From Eledone cirrhosa (taxonomy: Eukaryota), in NCBI GenBank assembly GCA_964016885.1, contig OZ024751.1, positions 33,976,001-34,040,000 of the forward strand: a DNA stretch of 64,000 nt, in the 5' to 3' direction. Position 1 is the stretch's first letter. Every line of letters begins with the position of its first letter. The translations under genes were made by a program, and so were the position numbers. Under the pieces are notes generated by a model. That model ran no database searches and had not been told where the DNA came from. It saw only the letters and a list, made by a program, of their open reading frames with translations. This document shows, piece by piece, positions 42,779 to 55,749 of the stretch.

Positions 42779-44784
42779 AGAAAAGTTTTCACTTTTATGT
42801 TTTATTGAGTTCATCTTGGTACTAAAACTGTTTCTCTTCGAATCTCAGTCTACGAGAGACTGGAATACAATCAACGGTGACTTTTATTTCAAGTACATTT
42901 CTACGCCCAAGAAACTATATAAATAAAATGTTTTGTTCAGAGAAATAACGTACCGAGAATTGATCTCACATTCTTCAGATGATGAGCCAAACATTTTAAC
43001 TACTAAGTCACCCACCCAATATAATTGACACCACTCAACAACCGTTTTAAAGTCATTCATTACACTATAATACATTTCTTTGGCAAACACTCATAAAAGG
43101 AGGACATATCAACCCCCGCCACACCAACAAACCTACATCCTTAATAACAAAAAGAAAACGACCCATCATACAATATGTGCGCTAAAATATATGCCACCAT
43201 TTTTTGAAATAATTTCAAACCTAGTTTTTGAAAGAAAATCGATATAAGAGGAGGCGAACGACTAGAATGAACTAGAATAACATAAGCCACAGCAACAACA
43301 AGAATTAGGTGTATACACAAAACTAACAACAACAATATAAACATAATTCGTAAATTCTTTATTCCGTTCTTGTTTCGTTTTGTTTTGTTTTGTTTTTTTT
43401 TTCATGTGCAAGAGTGTGTTTGAATGCTTATGATTTTGTGGCTACAAATTTATATAAATATGAATAACAAATTTAGATATATATAACGAGAGAAAGAGGT
43501 AGAGTGGAGGTGCGGGAGGTGGAGAGATAGAGAAAGAGATAATGCAGACTTTAATTTTCCAAACATCTAAACGGAAATCGAAGATACAAATATAAATTCT
43601 CACTGTCTTTCTATCTCTTTCTTCCTCTCTCTCTCTTTCTCTCTCTCTATATATATATATATGCATAAATATGTGTGCCTTAGTGTACACACACACACAT
43701 ATATTTATGAACATAGTTACATATAAAAATACATTTGCATATTTTGGTTTCTCATCCGCTATTCTTTCTTATAAAGAAAGAAAAAAGGAAAAGATAAGAT
43801 GCAAAATAAATGAAAAAAAAAGTGCCACAAAATTAAAATAATATTTTCGAAACAGCAAAAACGTAATAAAAAATCACGTATGCAGAAAATCAAATTTAAT
43901 TTCTTTAATGTAATATAATAATGATATAGAATTAACAACGTGTGTATGTTTGTTAATCTAACTTATCTTTGCTAAGTTTTCTTCAAATATAAGAACTTCT
44001 ATTGTTTTAAACGACATTTTTATCTCTCGTACATCTTCCAGTTTGGGTTCAGATATGTATCGTTGTTGTTGTTGTCCTTGTTGTTCGTATCATTGTTGTT
44101 GTCGTTGTTGTTCGTATCGTTGTTGTTGTCGTTGTTGTTATTGTTAGTATTGTGATTGCTGTTGTTGTTGTCATTGCTGTTCGTATCGTTGTTGTTGTCG
44201 TTGTTGTTATTGTTAGTATTGTGATTGCTGTTGTTGTTGTCATTGTTGTTCGTATCGTTGTTGTTGTTAATATTGATGTTCATATCATTGTTGTTGTTAA
44301 TATTGTGATTGCTGTTTTTGTGTTGCTTCATTCGATTATGTATTGTTTTTGATGTTTTTAATACATATTTTGTTGGTGATGGTGGTGCTGTTCGCGGTGG
44401 TATCGGTGGTGGTGGTGTTAGTAGTGGCGGTGCTGCTGATGATGATGATAGTGAAGTGTGTAACTCGTTTGTATTATGTCACTATTACTGTTGGTGTGTT
44501 GGGGGGGGGCCTTTTATATTATTTTGTTGTTATTTTATTGTCTATTAAGAAACATTCCATCTTTGATTTGTCAAATAGAAAATCATACATATATACATAC
44601 ATAAATACATATATACATACATACATAAATACATATATACATACATACATAAATACATATATACATACATAAATACATAAATACATATATAGATACATAC
44701 ATAAATACATATATACATGCATATATAAATACTTACATACATATAATATAATATACATTTAAAATACACCAATAGAAACAAAGG

Positions 44785-45050
44785 AAACGAAGTGTAGAAG
44801 AATTAAATTAGAAAATGAATTTAGTGGGGAATTCAAGGTACAGGTAAGAGTTCACCAGGGCACAGTCCTCAGCCTACGTTTTAGGCCCTATCAGAGGAGT
44901 TAAAGAACCGTTGTCCATGGGAACCTTGGTCCCCTTATCTGAAACGATGGAAGCAGAATTTGGTATTAAAAAGTCTAATAGTAAAGTAACCAAAACTAAA
45001 GTACTAATCCTAAAGTACTAGTAAATTACTAGTAAGTAGGAAGAAAGACC
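44785..45050 (+). mobile_element. Decayed RTE reverse transcriptase fragment
   Basis: ENEFSGEFKVQVRVHQGTVLS...ALSEELKNRCPWE resembles VGVHQGSVLSP...GCPWELLYADD. Confidence 0.65.
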
Positions 45051-45897
45051 TGTAGTGTAGTGTGTTGTAGTGTAGTGTGGTGCAGTGTGTTGTAGTGTAG
45101 TATGTTGTAGTATAGTGTGGTGCAGTGTGTTGTAGTGTAGTGTGTTGCAGTGTAGTGTGGTGCAGTGTGTTGTAGTGTAGTGTGTTGTAGTCTAGTGTGT
45201 TGTAGTCTAGTGTGTTGTAGTCTAGTGTGTTGTAGTCTAGTGTGTTGTAGTGTAGTGTCTTGTAGTCTAGTGTGGTGCAGTGTGTTGTAGTGTAGTGTGG
45301 TGCAGTGTGTTGTAGTGTAGTATGTTGTAGTGTAGTGTGGTGCAGTGTGTTGTAGTGTAGTGTGTTGCAGTGTAGTGTGGTGCAGTGTGTTGTAGTGTGT
45401 TGTAGTCTAGTGTGTTGTAGTCTAGTGTGTTGTAGTCTAGTGTCTTGTAGTCTAGTGTCTTGTAGTCTAGTGTGGTGCAGTGTGTTGTAGTGTAGTGTGG
45501 TGCAGTGTGTTGTAGTGTAGTGTGGTGCAGTGTGTTGTAGTGTAGTGTGTTGCAGTGTAGTGTGGTGCAGTGTGTTGTAGTGTAGTGTGTTGTAGTCTAG
45601 TGTGTTGTAGTCTAGTGTGTTGTAGTGTAGTGTCTTGTAGTCTAGTGTGTTGCAGTGTGTTGTAGTGTAGTGTGGTGCAGTGTGTTGTAGTGTAGTGCGG
45701 TGCAGTGTGTTGTAGTGTAGTGTGTTGTAGTCTAGTGTGGTGCAGTGTGTTGTAGTGTAGTGTGTTGTAGTCTAGTGTGTTGTAGTCTAGTGTGTTGTAG
45801 TCTAGTGTGTTGTAGTGTAGTGTGGTGCAGTGTGTTGTAGTGTAGTGTGTTGTAGTCTAGTGTGTTGTAGTGTAGTGTAGTCTAGTGTGTTGTAATG
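45051..45897. repeat. Satellite built from 5-bp blocks (tgtag/tgtgt/tctag/tgcag/tgtgg)
   Basis: Direct inspection; 15-25-bp higher-order units. Confidence 0.9.
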
Positions 45898-46804
45898 TAT
45901 TTGATGGTATTCTTAGACTTGGGGGGGGGGGGGGGGGCAGTTACAAGTTTTATTAAATAAACTGCTAGATTGGCCGAATTGGCAGAGTCTGGTGATAAGA
46001 TGTCTTATTTCATTAGTTTTATACATTCTTAGGTCCACTTTCGCTTAGATTCGATAGAGACTGCATAAACTAAAGTACCTGTAAAATATTAGGGAAGGTA
46101 TAATCCTCTGTACAAGAGGAGGGTAGGAAGGACACAAGACTTATTCTAGATTTAAAAGAAAAATAATGTAGATGGAGGATTTAATTGTACGGTGGTGGTG
46201 TTGTGGTGTGAGGTAGTGGTGTGGTGGTACGGTGGTGGTGGTGGTGTGGTGTGGTGGTACGGTGTGGTGTAGTCGAAGGGATGTGGTGCGGTGGTGTCGT
46301 GGTGGTACGATGGTTGTGGTTTGAGGTGGTGGTGCGGTGTGGTGGTGGTGGTACGCTGGTACGGTGTGGTGTCGTGGTGGTGGTGTGGTGGTACGGTGTC
46401 GTGGTGGTGGTGTGGTGGTACGGTGTAGTGTGGTGGTGTGGTGTATTTATCGATATGTTAGTGTCGTGTTAAATACCGTCACTCTAACAAATATTGACAT
46501 GTCCTCAGTATACTTGGCCGTTCATTTCCAACAATTTAATCGTATTTTATATGATGGAGATTTAAATGTTCATGTTTTTGCTTTGTTTATTTGCTGTTTT
46601 CTTATCATATAATACGCCTCCAGTTTTTCTTTTAAACTGTCATCAAATTGAGATATAACATTTGCTGTTGTTGTTGAGCTATTGACAGATGGTTATGATT
46701 TATATGCAGATGTTGGCTTCTGTTATTTATTTAATTGGACTGAATTAATGAGATGCTAGGAAATCTCTAAACTAACATGTTTAAGCCACTAATAATGATA
46801 TCTG

Positions 46805-46942
46805 ATTTAGGCACGAGGCCAACTATTTTGAGGGAGGGGGAGGGAAATTCGATTAAATCGACCCCATTGTGTTACTGGTACTGTTTTGTATCGACTCCGT
46901 AAAGATGAAAGAGAAAGCTAATCTCGGCTGGATTTGACCTCA
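46805..46942 (-). mobile_element. Meta-core SINE 3' part
   Basis: tttaggcacgaggcc...tcgattaaatcgacccc...ctggtac...gatgaaag. Confidence 0.65.
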
Positions 46943-47020
46943 AATAATGACATCGTTAATGATATAATTATTTGTTCAACACCGAGAATACAGTAAATAT
47001 GAAGATAGGGGTTACAATAC

Positions 47021-48423
47021 ACTTGACCCAGTTATATATGAGGGTGGGGACAGAGTCATTCGTGACTTGACACAGTTGTATATAACGAGGGTGGGGACAG
47101 GGTCGTTCGTGACTTGACACAGTTATATATAACGAGGGTGGGGACAGGGTCGTTCGTGACTTGACACAGTTATATATAACGAGGGTGGGGACAGGGTCAT
47201 TTGTGACTTGACACAGTTATATATAAGGAGGGTGGGGACTGGGTCGTTCGTGACTTGACACAGTTATATATAACGAGGGTGGGGACAGGGTCGTTCGTGA
47301 CTTGACACAGTTGTATATAACGAGGGTGGGGATAGGGTCGTTCGTGACTTGACACAGTTGTATATAACGAGGGTGGGGACAGGGTCATTTGTGACTTGAC
47401 ACAGTTATATATAAGGAGGGTGGGGACTGGGTCGTTCGTGACTTGACACAGTTATATATAACGAGGGTGGGGACAGGGTCGTTCGTGACTTGACACAGTT
47501 GTATATAACGAGGGTGGGGATAGGGTCGTTCGTGACTTGACACAGTTGTATATAACGAGGGTGGGGATAGGGTCGTTCGTGACTTGACACAGTTGTATAT
47601 AACGAGGGTGGGGACTGGGTCGTTCGTGACTTGACACAGTTGTATATAACGAGGGTGGGGATAGGGTCGTTCGTGACTTGACACAGTTGTATATAACGAG
47701 GGTGGGGATAGGGTCGTTCGTGACTTGACACAGTTATATATAACGAGGGTGGGGACAGGGTCGTTCGTGACTTGACACAGTTGTATATAACGAGGGTGGG
47801 GACAGGGTCATTTGTGACTTGACACAGTTATATATAACGAGGGTGGGGACTGGGTCGTTCGTGACTTGACACAGTTGTATATAACGAGGGTGGGGACAGG
47901 GTCATTTGTGACTTGACACAGTTATATATAACGAGGGTGGGGACTGGGTCGTTCGTGACTTGACACAGTTGTATATAACGAGGGTGGGGATAGGGTCGTT
48001 CGTGACTTGACACAGTTGTATATAACGAGGGTGGGGATAGGGTCGTTCGTGACTTGACACAGTTATATATAACGAGGGTGGGGACAGGGTCGTTCGTGAC
48101 TTGACACAGTTGTATATAACGAGGGTGGGGACAGGGTCATTTGTGACTTGACACAGTTATATATAACGAGGGTGGGGACTGGGTCGTTCGTGACTTGACA
48201 CAGTTATATATAACGAGGGTGGGGATAGGGTCGTTCGTGACTTGACACAGTTATATATAACGAGGGTGGGGATAGGGTCGTTCGTGACTTGACACAGTTA
48301 TATATAACGAGGGTGGGGACAGGGTCGTTCGTGACTTGACACAGTTATATATAACGAGGGTGGGGATAGGGTCGTTCGTGACTTGACACAGTTATATATA
48401 ACGAGGGTGGGGACAGGGTCGTT
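47021..48423. repeat. Minisatellite, 47-bp unit, ~30 copies
   Basis: Unit gacttgacacagtt(a/g)tatataacgagggtgggga(c/t)agggtcgttcgt. Confidence 0.97.
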
Positions 48424-49030
48424 ATACAATATTCATGAATTTAAAGATGAAATGTATATAAAAGAGAAACTCCCACATTGTGTTAGATGTCCCTACATTT
48501 CTGTGCGCCCCCCCCCATCCCTCCGCATTATGTAATTCCCAGTGACCACTGATATTTCACTAAATATTTTCTCAGGGTGATATCATCAATAAAAAGTTCC
48601 AAATGTTGACAAAAGTACATATCGTCTATTTCTTTTGCTGTTAGTACCCCACCACCACCAAGAGACTTCCGTCTCTGATGACCTATGGCTCGGTTTTCTT
48701 CCTCCTCCAACTCACATCAAACAATCCAATGTTACAGCTTCTGACAGTCGTTTATTCTAATTAAAATACCATCAATTATCGCAATTGCTGAGACGACCAA
48801 ATGGTAGATTCTTCTTCCATATTACCTCAACTCTCTCTCTCTCTCTCTCTCAGTCTCCATCTCTCTCTGGGAGAAATCGACTGTAACCAGATTGGGCGAG
48901 GGGATGTGGTCTGCCAGGTACCTAACACCCCTGACCCTTCTTCGTTACATACATAACAGTTGTTTGTTTTCTTTATCTTCCTATTTCGTTTTTCAACTAA
49001 ATAATGTCAATAATATTGTTATTGTTGTAG

Positions 49031-49152
49031 TGTTACGGTGAGTGCACTAAACTGTGCCAAAGACGAATGGCCAAACTGTCCAAGTAATGTGAAGCTATTA
49101 TGGCAAGCAATGGATTCGGGGTTATCGTTCTTGTGTACGAATAAGTTAGACG
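49031..49152 (+). CDS. Coding exon B of the same Cys-rich protein (phase 2 to phase 1)
   Basis: Acceptor gttgtAG and donor GTAAGT at 49153. Reads T-VTVSALNCAKDEWPNCPSNVKLLWQAMDSGLSFLCTNKLD-G. Joins exon A in frame (TC+T = Ser). Confidence 0.8.
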
Positions 49153-49304
49153 GTAAGTAAAATATTGGTTCTCTTGTTGTTTATTGATGATGATGATGAT
49201 ATTCTCGTTGTTATTGTTGTTGTTGATGGTGATAATGATGTTGCGGTTACTGTTGATGATGATAAAGCTCTTGTTGCTGCTGTTGATGATGGTGGTGGTC
49301 GTGG

Positions 49305-49875
49305 TGTGTATGGGTGTAACAGTGGTGGTGGTGGAGTGTGTGGGTGTAAAAGTAGTGGTGATGGTGTGTGTGGGGGTGTAACAGTGGTGATGGTGTGTGT
49401 GGGGGTGTAACAGTGGTGATGGTGTGTGTGTGGGTGTAACAGCAGTGGTGGTGGTGTGTGTGTGGGTGTAACAGCAGTGGTGGTGGTGTGTGGGTGTAAC
49501 AGTGGTGGTGTGTATGGGTGTAACAGCAGTGGTGGTGGTGTGTGTGGGGGTGTAACAGCAGTGGTGGTGGTGTGTGTGTTGGTGTAACAGCAGTGGTGGT
49601 AGTGTGTGGGTGTAACAGTGGTGGTGGTGGTGTGTGTGGGTGTAACAGCAGTGGTGGTGATGTATTGGTGTAACAGTGGTGGTGTGTGTGGGTGTAACAG
49701 TGGTGGTGGTGGTGTGTGTGGGTGTAACAGCAGTTGTGTTGGTGTAACAGTGGTGGTGTGTGTGGGTGTAACAGCAGTGGTGGTGGTGGTGTGTGGGTGT
49801 AACAGCAGTGGTGGTGGTGGTGTGCATGGGTGTAACAGCAGTGGTGGTGGTGGTGTGTGGGTGTAACAGTGGTGC
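49305..49875. repeat. Variable GT-rich minisatellite (ggtgtaacagcagtggtggt...)
   Basis: Recurrent gtgtaacag anchor about every 22-33 bp. Confidence 0.85.
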
Positions 49876-50355
49876 TGGTGTTGGTATAACTGTTGTCTCC
49901 ACTCAACGTCAAATAAAGATGTGGTAATGTTGAGAATAAGTCAGAAACTGATGCCAATTCCTAGAAACAAGCAACATTATTTTTCTTCTCACAAAGAAGA
50001 ATAAAATGTTAGAAAACTTAAAACCAACAACTAAAGCATGTTTGACAAAATATCAAACTTGCTATATTTTCTTATTGTAAATATCAATTAGATTAAGAAT
50101 CGGCTGTTAAAAGAGCAAAACCATGATTCAGTCTTTTTCTTTAAGATTTTCTTCTCACAAATTATGGTTTAGTATTTTCTTTAGTGCAGAATTTAATTTC
50201 AGATTATTTTAAAAAATACAAATCGTTATTTGAATTATTATTCACAATACGTACACACATACATACTTACATACATGCAACGCCGCCGCCCCCCCCCGCC
50301 CCCCACACACACGTATGTGTGTGTGGGTGTGTGTATATATATATATATTGTATGT

Positions 50356-50966
50356 CAGGTCACCACTTGGTGCTACTGGTAACATGTATCCCAGTACAAC
50401 CTGTCTCATGGTCGGGTCGTTGGCGACTAAACTGGCAACCCCACCAAGGTTTCTTGGTGAGGAGGGTGACTTTGGACATCCTGCAGGACTAAAACAAAAC
50501 CTGTCAAAGGGCAAACCTGTCAAAGGGCTCTTAAGGGTCAATGGCCATCCAAAATCACCGGGCCAGATGAACCCTTAGCCTTTGTCAAGGCAGAATTCTA
50601 GGAGAAGGAAAACTCTGATATAACACCTGCAACCCTGATGGTATCCAATGATGTTGACTTGTTCTTCTTTTTGGTAAATAGCATCTTGGTTAAGAGAGTG
50701 GGACTGGCTTTGTGCAGTGCCTTTGCTCACTATAAAAGCTTCACAGCACAGGCATTGCTTTATATCTGGAGATCTCTCTGCACTTATCATCACATGGTAC
50801 CATGGGCTCAGCACTATGTCAATAATTATCACAGGTGTAGTGTTTGTACCAGAGTTTTCAAGTCTCTGGCTGGACTAAAAAGTCACACTCGTTCAGCGCA
50901 TCAGTAGGGGTTCTCCTACATGGATATAAAGTAGTGGCCGTATTCGAAAACGAGTTGGCAGCCACC
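50356..50966 (+). mobile_element. Bipartite RTE-derived non-autonomous retroelement, copy 2, with TSD
   Basis: 3' part encodes the C2H2 remnant CSVCTRVFKSLAGLKSHTRSAH*, typical of RTE C-termini. 13-bp direct repeat atatattgtatgt at 50343-50355 and 50967-50979. Confidence 0.8.
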
Positions 50967-51083
50967 ATATATTGTATGTACTCGATGCAACGATGACGTC
51001 GATAGATTCCATACTTACATATATGTACATACACTCATACGTGTGAATAATGATATTTGTATATCATATAAACCCGGACTGCC

Positions 51084-51178
<95 letters not shown>

Positions 51179-51408
51179 GTATTAGGTACGCACGCACACA
51201 CAGACAGACCACCGCTTGCAAACAAAGAATATAAGATGTGGTGTCTATAACAACAAAAACACAAAGCTTCGGACCAGATTCATATTATCATTTTAAGCCA
51301 AGTAAATTAAATAACAGACGACGCACTAACAACTTCGTTGCCTTCAATTTTTTTCCTAAGACTATCGTACATTTTGTATTGTCGTAGCTTTCGAATAACA
51401 TATTGCTG

Positions 51409-51463
<55 letters not shown>

Positions 51464-51468
<5 letters not shown>

Positions 51469-51673
51469 AACGAGTAGGACCCCGACGGCTGAGCTCAAGC
51501 CGTTTCGACGGCTAATTCTGGACTAATAGACTTTTAGTCCAGAATTAGCCGTCGAAACGGCTTGAGCTCAGCCGTCGGGGTCCTACTCGTTCCTATTACC
51601 CACTCTACTACCCTAAGTATTGAGTACTTTGGTGCGCTATGGTCCACCTGGTTCCTTACCACATTTCCTTCGT

Positions 51674-51675
<2 letters not shown>
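51464..51675 (+). mobile_element. PLE-like tail with 63-bp perfect inverted arm and the 3' half of an HHR
   Basis: Palindrome 51464-51596. Right arm contains GAAACGGCT..AGCCGTC. Flanked by (TA)n on both sides. Confidence 0.6.
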
Positions 51676-51704
<29 letters not shown>

Positions 51705-52355
51705 AGAGAGAGAGAGATCAGGATTTTACCAGGTTAAACTAGTAAGACAACTTGTTCAGCGTAATACAATAATACATATATCGTGTTGAGAAGGAAATGT
51801 GATGCCCAAAATAAACTACAAAATGCTTCCGAGCGATCCCAGGCCCTCCCCTACTCCTCTACTTGTCCTAATATAATATATTCCATTAGTCAGCCATCTT
51901 ACTTCTCAATTCTTTCATTATATAATGAAAAGACATCGTTGACATACGTCAAAGACTGCATGTCTATGTGGTTTGTGCGGATGGGAGGGATGTCTATGTG
52001 AGTGTGTGAGTGTAGTAGTAGCAGCAGTCGTAATACACACGTCAAATTGTATTGTTATGCTAAATATCTCCTGCGGTGATCTTAACATTTAAACGGAAAA
52101 TCCTCGAATGATTTTGAACAAAGAATTTGATAAATGTTCAAAAATATTTACAATGGAAATACGCATCCACACATATGCACACATACGTTCACACACACAC
52201 ATAAATGCGTGTGAGAGATTGTGCACATGTATTTATATGTGTGTGTGTGTGTGTATATATATGTGTGGGGGTGTTTATGTATGTGTATATATATTTATTT
52301 CTCTCTCTATATATATATTAAAATAACAGATTAAAGTTTAAGCAAATATATATAC

Positions 52356-52386
<31 letters not shown>

Positions 52387-52501
52387 AATAAATATATATA
52401 CACATACATTAACACCCCCACACATATATATATATATATATATATATAATTATAAATCTCATTATCATTATATATATCATTATATATATATATATATATA
52501 T

Positions 52502-52606
52502 CCTGCCGAGGTTAACTTTGCCTTTCATCCTTACGGGGTCGATAAATAAAGTACCAGTAACGTACTGGATAATTGCTGGCCTTGTGCCAAATGTAGAAAC
52601 AATTAT
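52502..52606 (+). mobile_element. Meta-core SINE 3' fragment
   Basis: gccgaggttaactttgcctttcatccttacggggtcgataaataaagtaccag. Confidence 0.8.
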
Positions 52607-52918
52607 TTTATATATATATATAATTATAAATCTCACTTAGAATAACAGGGATATGTTTAAGTAGTAGTAGCAGTAGTTATTTGGAAAATGTTTGACTTTA
52701 TTTTTCACCTTCTGCAGTTTTGGCAAATAATTCTGTTTGATGAAAAAGAATCATTAATGCCTTTTAACAATATATACAATGAAAATCTTGTTACGAACGA
52801 ACAAGTCTATCTAGGAATACGCTGCCAGCAATTCGCATTAGTGGTTCTCTAAGTCTTATGGCTGCCTCTCAAACTACCTCCTGCTAAATATTCCTTAACC
52901 TTGTTCTGTATTTTGAAG

Positions 52919-53111
52919 GGGGAATTATGTGATAATCTTTCAAGATACGTTCTCTGAAAATTGTGGTTATAGACATGGTTTTAGGAATTTAACCTTAAGC
53001 GTGAGGGATTTCTTTAAAACAAGTATATTCCAGTCATACTTTGCAGCATCGTACACAGATGCATCTGAAAAAGACAACAAAGAAATTCTTTCTCTAAAAT
53101 ATATTTTATGA
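52919..53111 (+). pseudogene. Exon-like segment (phase-2 start, ...SENCG...), possible decayed downstream exon of the Cys-rich family
   Basis: Acceptor ttttgaAG, frame GNYVIIFQDTFSENCGYRHG...YIL*. A similar AENCG segment follows an acceptor at ~33740. Confidence 0.25.
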
Positions 53112-53599
53112 GTCTCAGATTATTTGGCAAATGATTGATGATGGCAAGACTGGCGGAATAATTGATAGAAATAGCAATGCAATAAAAGTCACTTAACAAG
53201 ACAAATTCAGCTGGGGAAAATAAATGTATTGAATATTCTTCGTTTCAACTAGTTTTAACTGTAAACTAAAAATCTGCAAATTTTGAAATAAATAAATTGT
53301 AAATATTACCAAAACTCTTTAACTATTTACACCACATTTGTCATTTTAAATATATAAACAACTCTAAAATGACTTTGGTGATTATATTTTAAATGATTTA
53401 TTATGTTATATAACAGAGTTTCTGAACAATGGCATCATATGTTAGTTTTATCTCACCAATATAGAGGACACGATGGAATCAGTAGCTCACATGTGATTCT
53501 TAGCTTCGTTAAGGGAAGGTCACTATAATTCCATGCCCAAAATATACTTCAAGGTACTTTCTTCGTCGTAAAGTACCGTTCTATTTCAGTTTACTCGCC

Positions 53600-53681
<82 letters not shown>

Positions 53682-53684
53682 TCT

Positions 53685-53731
<47 letters not shown>

Positions 53732-53847
53732 CTATATGTGTATGAGTGTGTAAGTGTATACAAACAACCAGATAATTCGTAAGTTGACCACAGAATATTT
53801 ACACTTCTATCTCCATGGTAATATCTTCTAGAAAGGTAGATAGTGGC

Positions 53848-53925
53848 CAAGTGTTCGGTAGTGTTAATGGTTAAACACGCTCAGCCGACATAACATAGAT
53901 GCCTGGTTCGATAACCCACACAACT
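53848..53925 (+). mobile_element. tRNA-like SINE head or tRNA pseudogene
   Basis: A-box gtagtgttaatggttaa and B-box ggttcgataacc; cloverleaf incomplete. Confidence 0.45.
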
Positions 53926-54172
53926 CTCCATTATTTTCCCGACATATTCAGCTGCTATTCCTAGTTATCAATTATTATTATAGTTCTCAGCGTTGTGGTT
54001 ACTATATTTCGTTGTATATACAACGACCATTAATCCTGCTGCAGTATATACAATAACATTAATATCTGTACAGTGTATAGATTCTAGCTTAAATCCCATC
54101 ACTATATACACAATCTTTACAATCACTCTGTAATCCAACTTATTACTAGATATATATTTGTATATACACACG

Positions 54173-54226
<54 letters not shown>

Positions 54227-54596
54227 AGTGTGCAACTATTAACACACATATATATATATATATAAGGTATTCATGTATGTGTGTGTATATATGTAATGAG
54301 AGTGTATATGTTCGTATATCAATGTAGAGCAACAGAGGCAGAGAGGCTAAGCAGTAACTCTAGTGTTGTGTAGAAAGTAAACATTAGTTGCAGAACTAAT
54401 TAGATTGAGAAGTTAATCCAAGAACGAAATAATTCCAGACGTGATAATTCTTCGAATATAAAAGGTAACAGCATTAACCTTTCACCTGTATTACTTTCTC
54501 CATCAATACCTCTTCTGTGAATCTATATGTGTTTTCTGCACATTATATATATTTACATATATATATGTGTACATATATATATACATACATACATAC

Positions 54597-54628
<32 letters not shown>

Positions 54629-54656
54629 GTGTGTGTGTACATATATATATATACAC

Positions 54657-54702
<46 letters not shown>

Positions 54703-54959
54703 GTGTATATATATATATGTACACACACATAAATATGTATATATATATATATATATATATACATGTGTATATATATATATGTACACACACATAAATATGT
54801 ATATATATATATATATATACATGTGTATATATATATATGTACACACACATAAATATGTATATATATTATACGTATGTATATATATACATGTATATATATA
54901 TGTATACATGTATATATATATATGTACACATGTATATATATATATATATATATGTACAC

Positions 54960-55017
<58 letters not shown>

Positions 55018-55148
55018 ATATATATATATATATATACATACACATACACACACATGTATATATATATTTACGCCTGCATGTGCAGCTGCATGACTGGAAC
55101 CAGTAAAAGATTATATACCTACATGGATGTATATTCATATATAACCTG

Positions 55149-55226
<78 letters not shown>

Positions 55227-55749
55227 TTAATATATCTACCCACCGTGGTAAACATGGAATGTTCGTGTTAATCACACAACTTCATTGATTATGTTATTAA
55301 CGCAAGATATAAAAAATAAACATACTTCAGAGCCCGTGGGTTTGCTTGGTTTATACTCACATGTGCAGAGACAGACATACGTAGATATACGAACAGATAT
55401 GTAAACATACGAACACGTACGTAGACATACGAACACCCAGACTGGCGATGTTACACATACAGACATACAAATAGATACAGCCGCAAACACACACAAACAT
55501 TCAAATATATATGCAAGCAGACATACTCTTGCACAAACAGATATAAACACATTCACAAGTATACACAGACATACAGACACACCCACACATATACAAGCAA
55601 ACACACACACACAGATACATCCACATATAGAGAGAGATACATAAATACGAACACAGAGACAAAATATACATGCGCATATTCATACATACTCATACATACG
55701 GACATATTTATACATGCACAAATATGCATATTCACATACATATACACAT

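Noticed and set aside
47021-48423. CRISPR-like array (also 14523-15138 and 62666-63183)
   Set aside because: Units are contiguous with no unique spacers, there are no cas genes, and the context is eukaryotic.
48854-48917. Short exon (…EIDCNQIGRGDVVCQ|gt) just upstream of exon B
   Set aside because: The Cys-containing frame ends in phase 0, incompatible with exon B, and the donor is weak.
53848-53925. Functional tRNA gene
   Set aside because: A and B boxes are present but the acceptor and anticodon stems do not pair well.
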